From: an uncultured Pseudomonadota bacterium
GTDB lineage: Bacteria; Pseudomonadota; Alphaproteobacteria; Rhizobiales; Xanthobacteraceae
Assembly: GCA_963773225.1 (NCBI GenBank)
Contig: CAVZAO010000011.1
Span: forward strand, 17,416 to 81,415
Direction of reading: 5' to 3'
DNA: 64,000 nt
Shown here: positions 48,076-56,625 of the stretch, one piece after another
Numbering within the stretch: the stretch's first letter is position 1
Layout of the letters: each line of letters opens with the position of its first letter
Notes under the pieces: model-generated
Seen by the model: the letters and a program-made list of their open reading frames with translations, nothing else
Told to the model about the DNA's origin: nothing
Databases searched by the model: none
Made by a program: the position numbers and the translations under genes

Positions 48076-50742
48076 ATGGCTGAACTGAAGCGTACCGAAA
48101 CCGCCGATCCAGCGCCGCCGCCCGCCGCGGGCGGGATCGCCGCGCGCGCGCTTGCCGCGCGCAGCGCGCAGGCGCCCTATCTCGCCGACCTCAACCCCGA
48201 GCAGCGCGAGGCGGTGGAGACCATCGACGGCCCGGTGCTGGTGCTGGCCGGCGCGGGCACCGGCAAGACGCGCGTGCTCACCACCCGCATCGCGCACATT
48301 CTCAATCTGGGCCGCGCCCGGCCGGGCGAAATCCTGGCGGTGACCTTCACCAACAAGGCCGCGCGCGAGATGAAGGACCGCGTCGGCCTCATGGTGGGGC
48401 ACATCGTGGAGGGCATGCCCTGGATGGGGACCTTCCACTCCATCGGCGTGAAGATCCTGCGCCGGCATGCGGAACTGGTCGGCCTCAAGTCGAACTTCAC
48501 CATCCTCGACACCGACGACCAGATCCGCCTCATCAAGCAGCTTTTCGAGGTGGAGAAGCTGGACGAGAAGCGTTGGCCGGCGCGCGTGTTCGCCGGCATT
48601 CTCGACGGCTGGAAGAACCGCGGGCTTACGCCCGACCAGGTGCCGGCCGGCGAAGCGGCGACCTTCGCCAACGGCAAGGGCAAGAAGCTTTACGCCGCCT
48701 ATCAGGAGCGGCTGAAGACTCTCAACGCCTGTGACTTCGGCGATCTGCTCTTGGAGACCATCCGCCTGTTCCGCGCGCACCCGGACGTGCTGCGCGGCTA
48801 CCAGACGCGCTTCAAGTACATCCTGGTGGACGAGTATCAGGACACGAACGTGGCGCAGTATCTGTGGCTGCGGTTGTTGGCGCAGGCGCCGAGTGCGGCG
48901 ACCAGCACGGCGTTACCCTCTCCCCTTGTGGGAGAGGGTGGATCGCCGGAGCGCAGCGACGGCGAGCCGGGTGAGGGGTCGGAGCCGACCGCAAGCACCG
49001 CCCCCTCACCCGGCGAGCTGCGCGCGCCACCCTCTCCCACAAGGGGAGAGGGAAAGAATGAGCCAAAAAACATCTGCTGCGTCGGCGACGACGACCAGTC
49101 GATCTACGGCTGGCGTGGGGCGGAGGTCGATAACATTCTGAGATTCGAGCATGACTTTCCGGGCGCGAAGGTCATCAGGCTGGAACGCAATTACAGAAGC
49201 ACCGGCCACATCCTCTCCGCCGCCGCCCAGCTCATCGCCCATAACGAGGGCCGCCTCGGCAAGACGTTGCGCACCGAGGACGTCGACGGCGAGAAGGTCA
49301 CCGTCACCTCGTGCTGGGACTCGGAGGAAGAAGCCCGCGACATCGGCGAGCAGATCGAGCAGATGCAGCGCGACGCGCGCGAGCGGGGCCAAGACCATCC
49401 GCTCGACGAGATCGCCATCCTGGTGCGCGCCTCGTTCCAGATGCGCGAGTTCGAAGAGCGCTTCATCCAACTCGGCCTGCCCTACCGCGTCATCGGTGGG
49501 CCCCGGTTCTACGAGCGCCGCGAAATCCGCGATGCGCTCGGCTATCTGCGCGTGATCGCGCAGCCGGCCGACGACCTCGCCTTCGAGCGCATCGTCAATA
49601 CGCCGAAGCGCGGCCTCGGCGACGCCACCATCCAGATGCTGCACGACTACGCCCGCAAGCAGCGCATCCCGCTTACCGAAGCCGCCGCCACCCTCTCCGC
49701 CACCGACGAATTAAAGCCGAAGCCGCGCGGCACCCTGCGCACGCTCATGGACTCGTTCTCCCGCTGGCGCGGCATGCTTGACAAAATCCCGCACACGGAA
49801 TTGGCCGAGATCGTGCTCGATGAATCCGGCTACACCGAGATGTGGCAGAAGGAGCGCACCGCCGACGCCGCCGGGCGACTGGAAAACCTGAAGGAGCTCG
49901 TGCGCTCCATGGAGCAGTTCGAGAACCTCGCCGGCTTCCTAGAGCACATCTCGCTGGTGATGGACCGCGACAGTGGCGACTCCGAGCAGGCGGTCAACAT
50001 CATGACGCTGCATTCGGCCAAGGGGCTCGAGTTCGACACCGTGTTCCTGCCCGGCTGGGAGGAAGGGCTGTTCCCGCATCAGCGCTCGCTCGACGACCAG
50101 GGCCGCGCGGGATTGGAGGAAGAGCGGCGGCTGGCGCATGTCGGCCTCACGCGCGCGCGTAAGCGCGCAAAGATCTATTTCGCCACCAACCGGCGCATCC
50201 ACGGCCTGTGGACCTCGACGGTGCCCTCGCGCTTTCTCGACGAACTGCCGCCGGAGGACGTCGAGATCAAGGAGGCCGCCGGCGGCTCGGGCGGCTTCGG
50301 CATGGCGGGCTACGGCGCCTCGCGCTTCGACGAGATGAACGCCTTCGGCTCGCGCTACACCACGCCCGGCTGGCAGCGCGCGCAAACGCGCCGGGGAAAA
50401 GGCGGCTTCGACGAGGCCGGCCAGCCGCGCTACGTCGCCGACCCGGAATTCGTCGACGACGGCGAAGCGCCGGGCTTTGCGTCTTCACCGCCTCCCCGGC
50501 GGGGACAGCAGGCCGGCGCCGGCGGCCGGAGTGCTGCAAACAAGCGCCGCCCGCTGACCATCGAAGGCGAGCTCGTCGCCAAATCCACCGGCGCCGACAG
50601 CCGCTTCTCCGTGGGCGACCGCGTATTTCATCAGAAGTTCGGCAACGGCAACGTCACCGCGGTCGACGGCAACAAGCTCACCATCCGCTTCGACAAGGCG
50701 GGCGAAAAGCGCGTGGTGGATAGTTTTATCGAGAGGGTGTGA
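48076..50742 (+). CDS. uvrD: UvrD/PcrA-family ATP-dependent DNA helicase
   Basis: Start trimmed to MAELKRTETAD. Motifs AGAGTGKT, DEYQDTN, VGDDDQSIYGWRGA, NYRSTGHIL, TLHSAKGLEFDTVFL. About 60 extra residues lie between motifs II and III. Confidence 0.93.
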   Translation: MAELKRTETADPAPPPAAGGIAARALAARSAQAPYLADLNPEQREAVETIDGPVLVLAGAGTGKTRVLTTRIAHILNLGRARPGEILAVTFTNKAAREMKDRVGLMVGHIVEGMPWMGTFHSIGVKILRRHAELVGLKSNFTILDTDDQIRLIKQLFEVEKLDEKRWPARVFAGILDGWKNRGLTPDQVPAGEAATFANGKGKKLYAAYQERLKTLNACDFGDLLLETIRLFRAHPDVLRGYQTRFKYILVDEYQDTNVAQYLWLRLLAQAPSAATSTALPSPLVGEGGSPERSDGEPGEGSEPTASTAPSPGELRAPPSPTRGEGKNEPKNICCVGDDDQSIYGWRGAEVDNILRFEHDFPGAKVIRLERNYRSTGHILSAAAQLIAHNEGRLGKTLRTEDVDGEKVTVTSCWDSEEEARDIGEQIEQMQRDARERGQDHPLDEIAILVRASFQMREFEERFIQLGLPYRVIGGPRFYERREIRDALGYLRVIAQPADDLAFERIVNTPKRGLGDATIQMLHDYARKQRIPLTEAAATLSATDELKPKPRGTLRTLMDSFSRWRGMLDKIPHTELAEIVLDESGYTEMWQKERTADAAGRLENLKELVRSMEQFENLAGFLEHISLVMDRDSGDSEQAVNIMTLHSAKGLEFDTVFLPGWEEGLFPHQRSLDDQGRAGLEEERRLAHVGLTRARKRAKIYFATNRRIHGLWTSTVPSRFLDELPPEDVEIKEAAGGSGGFGMAGYGASRFDEMNAFGSRYTTPGWQRAQTRRGKGGFDEAGQPRYVADPEFVDDGEAPGFASSPPPRRGQQAGAGGRSAANKRRPLTIEGELVAKSTGADSRFSVGDRVFHQKFGNGNVTAVDGNKLTIRFDKAGEKRVVDSFIERV
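48916..49052. repeat. 137-bp palindromic repeat element lying in frame inside uvrD
   Basis: Left arm CCCTCTCCCCTTGTGGGAGAGGGTGG ... CCGGGTGAGGGG. Right arm CCCCTCACCCGG ... CCACCCTCTCCCACAAGGGGAGAGGG (reverse complements). Translated as LPSPLVGEGGSPERSDGEPGEGSEPTASTAPSPGELRAPPSPTRGEG. Confidence 0.8.
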
Positions 50743-51028
50743 GGCACCAGCGCGAGCCGCGCACCTCGGGCGAACCGCGCCGGGACCCGAAAGCGGCGGA
50801 CGACATCCGCGATTAGTAGCTCGCCAAGCGCCAAGGATCGGCCTTGATACGCCAGATCGAAAATTCCGCGCATTAACCGCGACATCGCACGCAAACCACG
50901 CCTCCCCGCGCCCCTTAATCTTAACGCCCGCGATCTTCACCTTACTTTTTACCCACACCACGCGGTTGCGTTTGATCGCACCACCGCCGCTGGTCTTAAT
51001 CGCCCCACGCACCCGTTGAACCTCCTCG

Positions 51029-51060
51029 TCCGGGTCGGTTCGCCCGGACATTTTTTTCTT
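51029..51060 (+). terminator. Rho-independent terminator about 290 nt downstream of uvrD (orphan)
   Basis: TCCGGG-TCGGTTCG-CCCGGA, then CA and TTTTTTT CTT. A CCTCCTC motif lies immediately upstream (51021-51027). Confidence 0.65.
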
Positions 51061-51074
51061 GGGACGCGTGAGCG

Positions 51075-51824
51075 ATGGGGAAAGCAAAATCCCGCCGCGG
51101 CGAGAGCGCCGCACCAGTCCAGGACTCTTCACCGTCGCCGCGCAAGCGCCGGCGCGGCAAGCGCGCGCACGCCAAACCGCCGCGCCGCGAACGTCCGGAC
51201 GGCCAATCCGTTCAGCAGTCCGTTCAGCAATCCCTTCAAACTGAATCGACCGCATCCGTTCGGCTCCGCGAAAGCGTGGAGGCAGCGCCGAGAATTTGGA
51301 GCCCCGCGTCCGCGCGGATGAACGAAGATCGTGTCGAGGCCATTGCGCCCGCGCCCGCCGCATTGCCCGTGCCGGATGTGACGGATGTGCCGGTGCACAC
51401 CGCCGGCCCGTCATTCCGCCAAGATATCCCGCGGCCGCCGCTGCGCGCGCTTCTGCTCGTCATATGGCGCCACGGCGTGCTGCGTTGGCGGCGCGGCGCG
51501 TTGCGCGCGCGCATGGCCGTCGCGCGCATGAAGGCGCGGGCCGTCGCGCGCCTCGACACTTACGTCTGGCAACCGGTCATGTGGCCGTTCCGGCCGGCGC
51601 AGCGCGAGCTGCTCGCCCGCACGCTCGCCTTGCTCTCGGTGGCGATCGTGGCGACGGGCTGGATCGCCGCCTACAACAGCTTGACGCCGCGGCCTGTGGC
51701 GCGACCCGCGGCCGCGCGCACGACGCCGCCGAAGCCGTTCACTGCGCACGCCGTCTCGCCCGCGCTGCCGCGGGCCACGCGGCCGACATTCAAGGCGCCG
51801 GCGGTTTACCCGCCGCACTGGTAA
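51075..51824 (+). CDS. Hypothetical Pro/Arg-rich protein with one predicted TM
   Basis: 249-aa ORF. GC3-rich in its second half. TM LALLSVAIVATGWIAAY. Start uncertain, because it begins 15 nt after a terminator. Confidence 0.4.
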   Translation: MGKAKSRRGESAAPVQDSSPSPRKRRRGKRAHAKPPRRERPDGQSVQQSVQQSLQTESTASVRLRESVEAAPRIWSPASARMNEDRVEAIAPAPAALPVPDVTDVPVHTAGPSFRQDIPRPPLRALLLVIWRHGVLRWRRGALRARMAVARMKARAVARLDTYVWQPVMWPFRPAQRELLARTLALLSVAIVATGWIAAYNSLTPRPVARPAAARTTPPKPFTAHAVSPALPRATRPTFKAPAVYPPHW

Positions 51825-51868
51825 GGCCCGCGCGCGCATTGCGGCGTCACGCGCCAGCCGCGCCGCGC

Positions 51869-52180
51869 TTACTTCTTCTCCAGCATCGCCTGGCCCTGAT
51901 AGCCGACCACGCGCTGGATGGCTTGCGCGAAGCGTGCCAACAGCCAGGGCAGCCGCACTTCGAGCCGCACCGCCGCATCGCCGACGTCGATGAACCCGCT
52001 CGCGCGCTGCCCGAGCGCGGCGGCGCGGAAGGTGAGCCGGCTGTCCTCCCAGGTCTCCTCCTCGATGGTGAGGACGCGCGTGAATTCAGTCTTGGCGCGG
52101 CCGATGCCGCCCTTGATGCGCGCGAGCGCCTCGGCCTTGCCGAGACGGTGCGGAATGACGACGACGAGCGGCTCGGACAT
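51869..52180 (-). CDS. Polyhydroxyalkanoic-acid-system family protein (PHA_gran_rgn-like)
   Basis: 103 aa. MSEPLVVVIPHRLGKAEALARIKGGIG ... WEDSRLTF ... GFIDVGDAAVRLEVRLPWLL. Confidence 0.68.
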   Translation of the reverse strand: MSEPLVVVIPHRLGKAEALARIKGGIGRAKTEFTRVLTIEEETWEDSRLTFRAAALGQRASGFIDVGDAAVRLEVRLPWLLARFAQAIQRVVGYQGQAMLEKK

Positions 52181-52272
52181 GCGGGGCTTGCTCCCTTGGC
52201 TCTCTCCTTCTTCATATGGCAACGCCGCGCGCGCACAAAAGGGCGTGAAGGATGCGAGCCCGCGCGCCCGCG

Positions 52273-52548
52273 CTATTGGCAGGCGGCGTTCTGCTGCGCG
52301 ATCGCCGCGCGCAGCTGTTGCGCCAGCCGCAGGCATTCGCCGCGCCCGGCGCGCATGCCGCCGCCGCAGGCCGAGTTGTAGGCAACCCGCAGCTGCTCGA
52401 CGCTCGACAGCGCCGCCCGGCAGCGCGCGGCGCGGCTTTCGCCTTGCGCCAGCCGCTGCAACGGTGCTGCGCCGGCGAGCAGGGCGATCATCACGGCAAT
52501 TGTGGCAAGCATTCCCGCACGCAATACGGCGGGCCAAGCGGCGCGCAT
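52273..52548 (-). CDS. Hypothetical small secreted protein
   Basis: 91 aa. N-terminal hydrophobic segment MLATIAVMIALLAGAAP and 4 Cys. No family recognised. Confidence 0.35.
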   Translation of the reverse strand: MRAAWPAVLRAGMLATIAVMIALLAGAAPLQRLAQGESRAARCRAALSSVEQLRVAYNSACGGGMRAGRGECLRLAQQLRAAIAQQNAACQ

Positions 52549-52676
52549 CAGGCGGCTCCTCGCGCGAATATGCCGCCATTATCGCGGGCCGGGCCTGGGC
52601 CGGTTTGATCCAGATCATGCGGGCACACGCCGGGGGGTATGATCGCAACGCCAGCGGCTTATAATGCGCCCGGGGG

Positions 52677-53009
52677 ATGACACGTTCCGGGGGGAGTAAA
52701 GCTTTGCGACATTGGCCTGCCCTGCTCGTTCTGAGCGGCGTCCTTGCCTTCAGCGGTCCGGCTCTGGCGAGGGACATCCACCTGCGCATCAAGATGAGCG
52801 CCCAGGCGCTCCACCAGACCTGCGACCAGCTCCACGGCTCGTTCTCGCAGGGGCCGAAGCGCTACGGCTGCGGCACCGACTGCAAAGGCCAGCCCGGTAC
52901 CGAGTGCATCGTCACCTGCGAGCCGGACCGGCTATGCATCGCCCAGGTGATCGGCGCCCACGTGCCGCATACGGTCGAGCAGGCGCTGGCGCCCCATAAG
53001 CGGCGCTGA
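52677..53009 (+). CDS. Hypothetical small secreted Cys-rich protein
   Basis: 110 aa. Signal-like ALLVLSGVLAFSGPALA. CDQLHG...YGCGTDCKGQPGTECIVTCEPDRLC. Confidence 0.42.
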   Translation: MTRSGGSKALRHWPALLVLSGVLAFSGPALARDIHLRIKMSAQALHQTCDQLHGSFSQGPKRYGCGTDCKGQPGTECIVTCEPDRLCIAQVIGAHVPHTVEQALAPHKRR

Positions 53010-53127
53010 AGGGGGCGCGGCGCGCCCCTTTCGTCCGCCCCCGCCCCACCTTGGCCGCAGTTCGCAACAAATCTCGGCCTGGCGTGTTATCATGCGGGGG
53101 GTGAGGACGGAAGGAGAGTACCCGGTC

Positions 53128-53805
53128 ATGCGTCGCCGCCTCATGGCACTGCTTTTGGCACCCACCCTGGCCCCGCTGACGGCGTTGGCGCTCGGCGTCA
53201 CGCCGGCCGCCGCCTCGCTGCTGATCCAGGTGAACAAGAGCACCCAGCAGATGACCGTCTCGCAGGACGGCCGCTTCCTCTATCAGTGGCCAGTGTCGAC
53301 CGGGCGCCCCAGCCTGCCGACGCCGAGCGGCACCTTCACGCCCTTCCGCATGGACATCGACCACGTCAGCGAGCAGTACGACAACGCGCCGATGCCGTAC
53401 TCGATCTTCTTCACGCGCACGGGCGATGCCATCCACGGCACCGACGAGACGAAATATATCGGGCGCGCGGTGTCGCACGGCTGCGTGCGGTTGACGCGCC
53501 AGCACGCCGCCATCCTCTGGAAGCTGGTGAAGCAGGAGAAGATGGCGAACACCAAAGTGGTGCTGACCGGCCGCGTGCCGGGCCGCGCGCCGCTAGTGGC
53601 GCAGGAGCAGGCCGATCCGGAGACCACCGGTGCGGCGCCGTCCTATCAACGCGGCTGGAGCAACGGCCGCGTCTACTACCAGGACAACGGCCGCTACTAT
53701 TACGACGACCGGCCGCCACCCCCGCCGCCGGATTACGTGCCCGACGACCGCCGCGACGACGGCGACAGCCCGCCGCCGTTCCCGTTCTTCATCTTCGGGC
53801 GCTAG
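53128..53805 (+). CDS. L,D-transpeptidase (YkuD domain) with Tyr/Pro/Asp-rich C-terminal tail
   Basis: SD GGAAGGAGAG. Signal peptide. Catalytic IHGTDE...GRAVSHGCVRLT. Confidence 0.87.
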   Translation: MRRRLMALLLAPTLAPLTALALGVTPAAASLLIQVNKSTQQMTVSQDGRFLYQWPVSTGRPSLPTPSGTFTPFRMDIDHVSEQYDNAPMPYSIFFTRTGDAIHGTDETKYIGRAVSHGCVRLTRQHAAILWKLVKQEKMANTKVVLTGRVPGRAPLVAQEQADPETTGAAPSYQRGWSNGRVYYQDNGRYYYDDRPPPPPPDYVPDDRRDDGDSPPPFPFFIFGR

Positions 53806-53866
53806 GCCGGCGGCCTGATCCGGAGACCAGCGACACGAATCGGGCGGTGCGCTAGAGACGTGCTCC

Positions 53867-54751
53867 ATGCACACCGTGGTGGCCAGGCTTGCCTGTGACG
53901 AGCGAACCGCGCGCGCGCTCGCCGCAGCACTCGACGAAACGCTCGATCCCGACGATACCGTCTGCGCCGCCTTCGCCGACGACGACGGCCGCTGGCAGAT
54001 GGCGGTCTATTTCCGCGAGGCCCCCGATGAGGTGGCGGTTCGCGACCTGGTGCGCATGGCTTCCGGCAATGACGCCGCGGCCGCTCTGATCTTCGCGCCG
54101 CTCGCCGAGACCGACTGGGTGGCGCAGAGCCTCGCCGGCCTGACGCCGGTGCGCGCCGGCCGCTTCGTGGTGCACGGCGCTCATGATCGCGACGACCGCG
54201 CGCGGGTGCCGGTCAATGCCCTGGCGATTGAAATCGAGGCGGCTCTCGCCTTCGGCACCGGCCATCACGGCACCACACGCGGCTGCCTGCTGGCGCTCGA
54301 CGCGCTCGCCAAACAACGGCGCTTCCGGCGCGTACTGGACATCGGCACCGGCTCAGGCGTGCTGGCGATTGCGGCGGCCAAGCGCCTGCACGTCAAAGCC
54401 ATCGGCGGCGATATCGACTGGCGCGCGGTGGCCGCCGCCCACGACAATGCCCGGCTCAACGGCATCGCGCCCTACGTCATCGCCCTGCATGCGGCCGGCG
54501 CCGCCGTGCGCAAGATCACCCAACACGGTCCCTATGACCTCATCTTCGCCAACATTCTGCTCGGGCCGCTCACCCGGCTGGCGGTGCCGATCCGGCGTCT
54601 CAGCGCGCCCCGCGGCCGTGTGGTGCTGTCGGGCCTGCTGCCCTCGCACGCCAACGCGGCGCTCGCCGTCTACGGCGCGCAGGGGCTGATGCTCGAACAG
54701 CGCATCCAGATCGAAGGCTGGACGACCCTCATTCTCAAGCGCGGGCGCTGA
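53867..54751 (+). CDS. prmA: Ribosomal protein L11 methyltransferase
   Basis: 294 aa. AFGTGHHGTTRGCL and SAM motif VLDIGTGSGVLAIAA. Confidence 0.92.
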   Translation: MHTVVARLACDERTARALAAALDETLDPDDTVCAAFADDDGRWQMAVYFREAPDEVAVRDLVRMASGNDAAAALIFAPLAETDWVAQSLAGLTPVRAGRFVVHGAHDRDDRARVPVNALAIEIEAALAFGTGHHGTTRGCLLALDALAKQRRFRRVLDIGTGSGVLAIAAAKRLHVKAIGGDIDWRAVAAAHDNARLNGIAPYVIALHAAGAAVRKITQHGPYDLIFANILLGPLTRLAVPIRRLSAPRGRVVLSGLLPSHANAALAVYGAQGLMLEQRIQIEGWTTLILKRGR

Positions 54752-54937
54752 AAACACCCATTCCCCACCCGGGACGGCAAGGTCGACGTCCGGCCAGCCG
54801 GTCCGCGGAACCGCCCGGTTTAGGAATTAATAACCAAACTTGGTCAATCTGTCGCGAGGGCGGTCTATGGGTCGCCTCGATCGCCACCGGCCGGCCGCGG
54901 ACCCCGCAAAAAGGCCCTGAAAAGTATCGCTCCGGCC

Positions 54938-56029
54938 ATGGGCCCTTCGCAAATGCTCATTCGCGACCTTTATGACAGGATCGGCGACATCGCGCCGGAC
55001 CGGCAGGTCTTGACGCTGCGCCACCTGACCGACCTCTACCTGGTCGGCGCCGGTGAGTTCTCCTCCGACGATGTCGCACTTATTGACGATATGTTCGTGC
55101 GGCTCTTGGAGACCATCGACGAGGCGGCGCGAGAGCTGCTCGCGACCCGGCTCAGCCCGGTCGCGAAGGCGCCCCCCAAGGTCATTCACCGGCTCGCCTG
55201 CGACGACGCGATCACGGTCGCCGCGCCGGTGCTCACACAATCGGAAGCGCTCACCGACGCCACGCTGATCGAATGCGCCGTCACCAAAACCCAGGATCAC
55301 ATGCTGGCGATTGCCCGGCGCAAGACGCTGTCGGCGGCGGTGACGGACGTGCTGGTCAAGCGCGGTGATCGCGACGTCCTGCTGAGCACCGTGCGCAACG
55401 ACGGCGCGCGCTTTTCCCGCAACAGCTTTGCCGTGCTGGTCAAACGTTCCGAGGGCGATGACACGCTCACCGGCTGCGTCGGGCGGCGGCCGGACCTGCC
55501 GGCTGTCTTGTTCGAACGGCTGCTCGAAGCCGCTTCGGCCTCAGTGCGCGCGGCGCTGCAGGCCGAGCGCCGTCATGCGCCTGCCGACATCGAGCGCGCC
55601 GTCGCTGACGTGACCGACGCCATCCGCGGCGAGACCACGACGCAAACGCAGGCGCACGCCACCGCGCGCGTGCGGGTGCACTCACTGAACCGGGCCGGCA
55701 AGCTGAACTGGGCCAAACTCGAGGAATTCGCCAAGACCGGCCGCACCGGCGAACTCGCCATTGCATTAGGGCTGATCGCCAAGGTGCCCGATGACGTCGT
55801 CCTCGACATCCTCGCGAAGCCGGACCAGGAAGCCCTGATCGCGCTGGCGAAGGCGATCCGGCTGCCTTGGGAAACGACGCGCATTCTCATCGCGCCGGAA
55901 AGCGACGGCGAAGTGGATACCGAGCGCTTGCGGGCCTGGCGCAGTGCGTTCGACGAACTGCACCAGCCGGATGCGCGCGCCGTCCTCGACGCCCGCATCG
56001 CCCGGCACCCGGGCACGACGACGCACTAA
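54938..56029 (+). CDS. DUF2336-domain protein
   Basis: 363 aa, helical-repeat composition. LTDLYLVGAGEFSSDDVALIDDMFVRLLETIDEAARELLATRLS is typical of DUF2336. Confidence 0.75.
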   Translation: MGPSQMLIRDLYDRIGDIAPDRQVLTLRHLTDLYLVGAGEFSSDDVALIDDMFVRLLETIDEAARELLATRLSPVAKAPPKVIHRLACDDAITVAAPVLTQSEALTDATLIECAVTKTQDHMLAIARRKTLSAAVTDVLVKRGDRDVLLSTVRNDGARFSRNSFAVLVKRSEGDDTLTGCVGRRPDLPAVLFERLLEAASASVRAALQAERRHAPADIERAVADVTDAIRGETTTQTQAHATARVRVHSLNRAGKLNWAKLEEFAKTGRTGELAIALGLIAKVPDDVVLDILAKPDQEALIALAKAIRLPWETTRILIAPESDGEVDTERLRAWRSAFDELHQPDARAVLDARIARHPGTTTH

Positions 56030-56044
56030 GCGGCGTCGGGGCGA

Positions 56045-56272
56045 TCAGCCGCCGAAGGGCATGTCGCCGCGGCCGCGCTTGACCAGGCGGTTGCCTTCCT
56101 CATCCAGGCTGTAAGGCAGATAGCGCAGATGACGCTCGACCTCGGCGCGCGCGTGCTCCATGCGCGCTTCCATCAACCGGTCAAAGGCCCGGGCGAACCA
56201 ACCCTTCTTGCTCGGCTTGGCAGCCTCGCCGGCGGCGGAACCAAAGCGCTCACCATAGGTGACGGCACTCAT
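56045..56272 (-). CDS. Hypothetical small protein (75 aa)
   Basis: SD AAGGAGA. MSAVTYGERFGSAAGEAAKPSKKGWFARAFDRLMEARMEHARAEVERHLRYLPYSL. Confidence 0.5.
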   Translation of the reverse strand: MSAVTYGERFGSAAGEAAKPSKKGWFARAFDRLMEARMEHARAEVERHLRYLPYSLDEEGNRLVKRGRGDMPFGG

Positions 56273-56625
56273 GGGGGATCTCCTTTTCGCATACGGCCAA
56301 GTCAGCGGCGGCCCGGTCGATTCGCGCCCTGACTGTTGCACTGCACATAGACCATGTTGCGAGTGCGAATAAGTCGTCACGTTGCATAGGAGGCCCTATT
56401 TTCAGCATTAATCGATTAACTTGGCGGCAACGCCATGGTCATATCTGAGGCAGAATTATTGCGTTGCACAAAACAGATTCGGAGGGACGCGTTTGTTGCC
56501 GTCCCGGGCGCTCCGGCGCAGCAAAATTTTCGTACCCTCTCGCGCCCTCCCGCCCTCGCCGCAGACCGGCGCCGCCCGCAGGTCTCGCGTTGCTCCCGAG
56601 CGCAATCCGGCTAGAGTGCCGGCCC

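Noticed and set aside
50485-51414. Minus-strand ORF beginning MSGRTDPDEEVQRVRGAIKTSGGGAIKRNRVVWVKSKVKIAGVKIKG at 51052.
   Set aside because: Its ATG lies inside the plus-strand terminator hairpin. It has no stop until deep inside antisense uvrD. No family was recognised and codon usage is mixed. It is kept only as context for the sRNA/3' UTR hypothesis.
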